64,000 nt of DNA from Octopus sinensis (lineage: Eukaryota), in contig NC_043009.1 of assembly GCF_006345805.1 (NCBI RefSeq), forward strand, positions 33,480,001 through 33,544,000, written 5' to 3'. Positions 63,564 to 64,000 of the stretch are shown here, in pieces. Under the pieces are notes generated by a model that ran no database searches, was not told where the DNA came from, and saw only the letters and a program-made list of their open reading frames with translations. Made by a program: the position numbers and the translations under genes. Numbering within the stretch: position 1 is the first letter of the stretch; each line of letters opens with the position of its first letter.

Positions 63564-64000
63564 TTCGTGTGTATGCATGTATATGTATGCATGTGTGTAA
63601 GTATGTATGTACACACACAGTAAAACAGATATTAGTAATCAAATGAGAATAAGAGGAAACTAAATCAGGATACAATGGATGGTCGTCCATTAGTGACAGC
63701 AATTTAACGCAATTAGGAATTTGAGCAAGGAGAACTGAAGAAATCCGCTCTGTTGTAATTGGTAGCAAACCTTTGTAAAATTATCTGAAGATTAGTAAAT
63801 ACACGCTCATATGAATCGTAACATAAAATAGAAACATCACATGTAAAAATATTATGGAGAGGCCATTTTTATGGTTGTTTACATTTTGAAATAGATACTT
63901 TCATAAGAATATTTTCCTCGGTTGCTTCAACCTCGTTTTTGTGGAATAAACAACAGAAATCATTGACATATTTTCAATGTTGTATGATGGGTGAGATGAA

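Noticed and set aside
63620-63770. Candidate upstream exon of the SH3 gene (LLPITTERISSVLL...)
   Set aside because: Plausible acceptor but no good donor and no domain similarity; upstream exons probably lie outside the window.

Overview
AT-rich eukaryotic genomic DNA with extreme microsatellite density. The SINE repertoire resembles octopus (coleoid cephalopod) DNA; this is inference from recalled repeat families, not a database match. The only supportable host gene is the 3' end of a minus-strand gene with three phase-compatible exons: an SH3-domain exon (60139-59960), a 170-nt exon (49492-49323) and a long Pro/Thr-rich last exon (44486-43609). The last exon has an apparent 1-nt frameshift (ATGA overlap) and two acceptors 7 nt apart. 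The rest is a transposon graveyard: three tRNA-headed SINE families (here called A, B, C), about nine R4/Dong-type RLE retrotransposon fragments clustered in 4.5-20.5 kb (most abutting (TAA)n), two broken CR1-type LINEs, a hAT transposase relic, mariner fragments, Helentron/Helitron-type non-autonomous elements, two long-TIR MITE-like palindromes and Penelope-type termini with minimal hammerhead motifs. Most notable: (i) a chain of (TAA)n-targeting Dong elements apparently seeded by a SINE (ATT)n tail, including an internally deleted form; (ii) an unclassified ~1.2-kb insertion carrying an ordered E2F/E-box x2-CCAAT-TATA promoter; (iii) possible alternative-splicing architecture of the SH3 gene (dual acceptor, 9-nt microexon candidate, hairpin-buried donor). 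Two of four local tandem duplications differ mainly by indels and are probably long-read assembly artefacts. Most ORF-track entries are microsatellite translations. All motifs and identities were read by eye.
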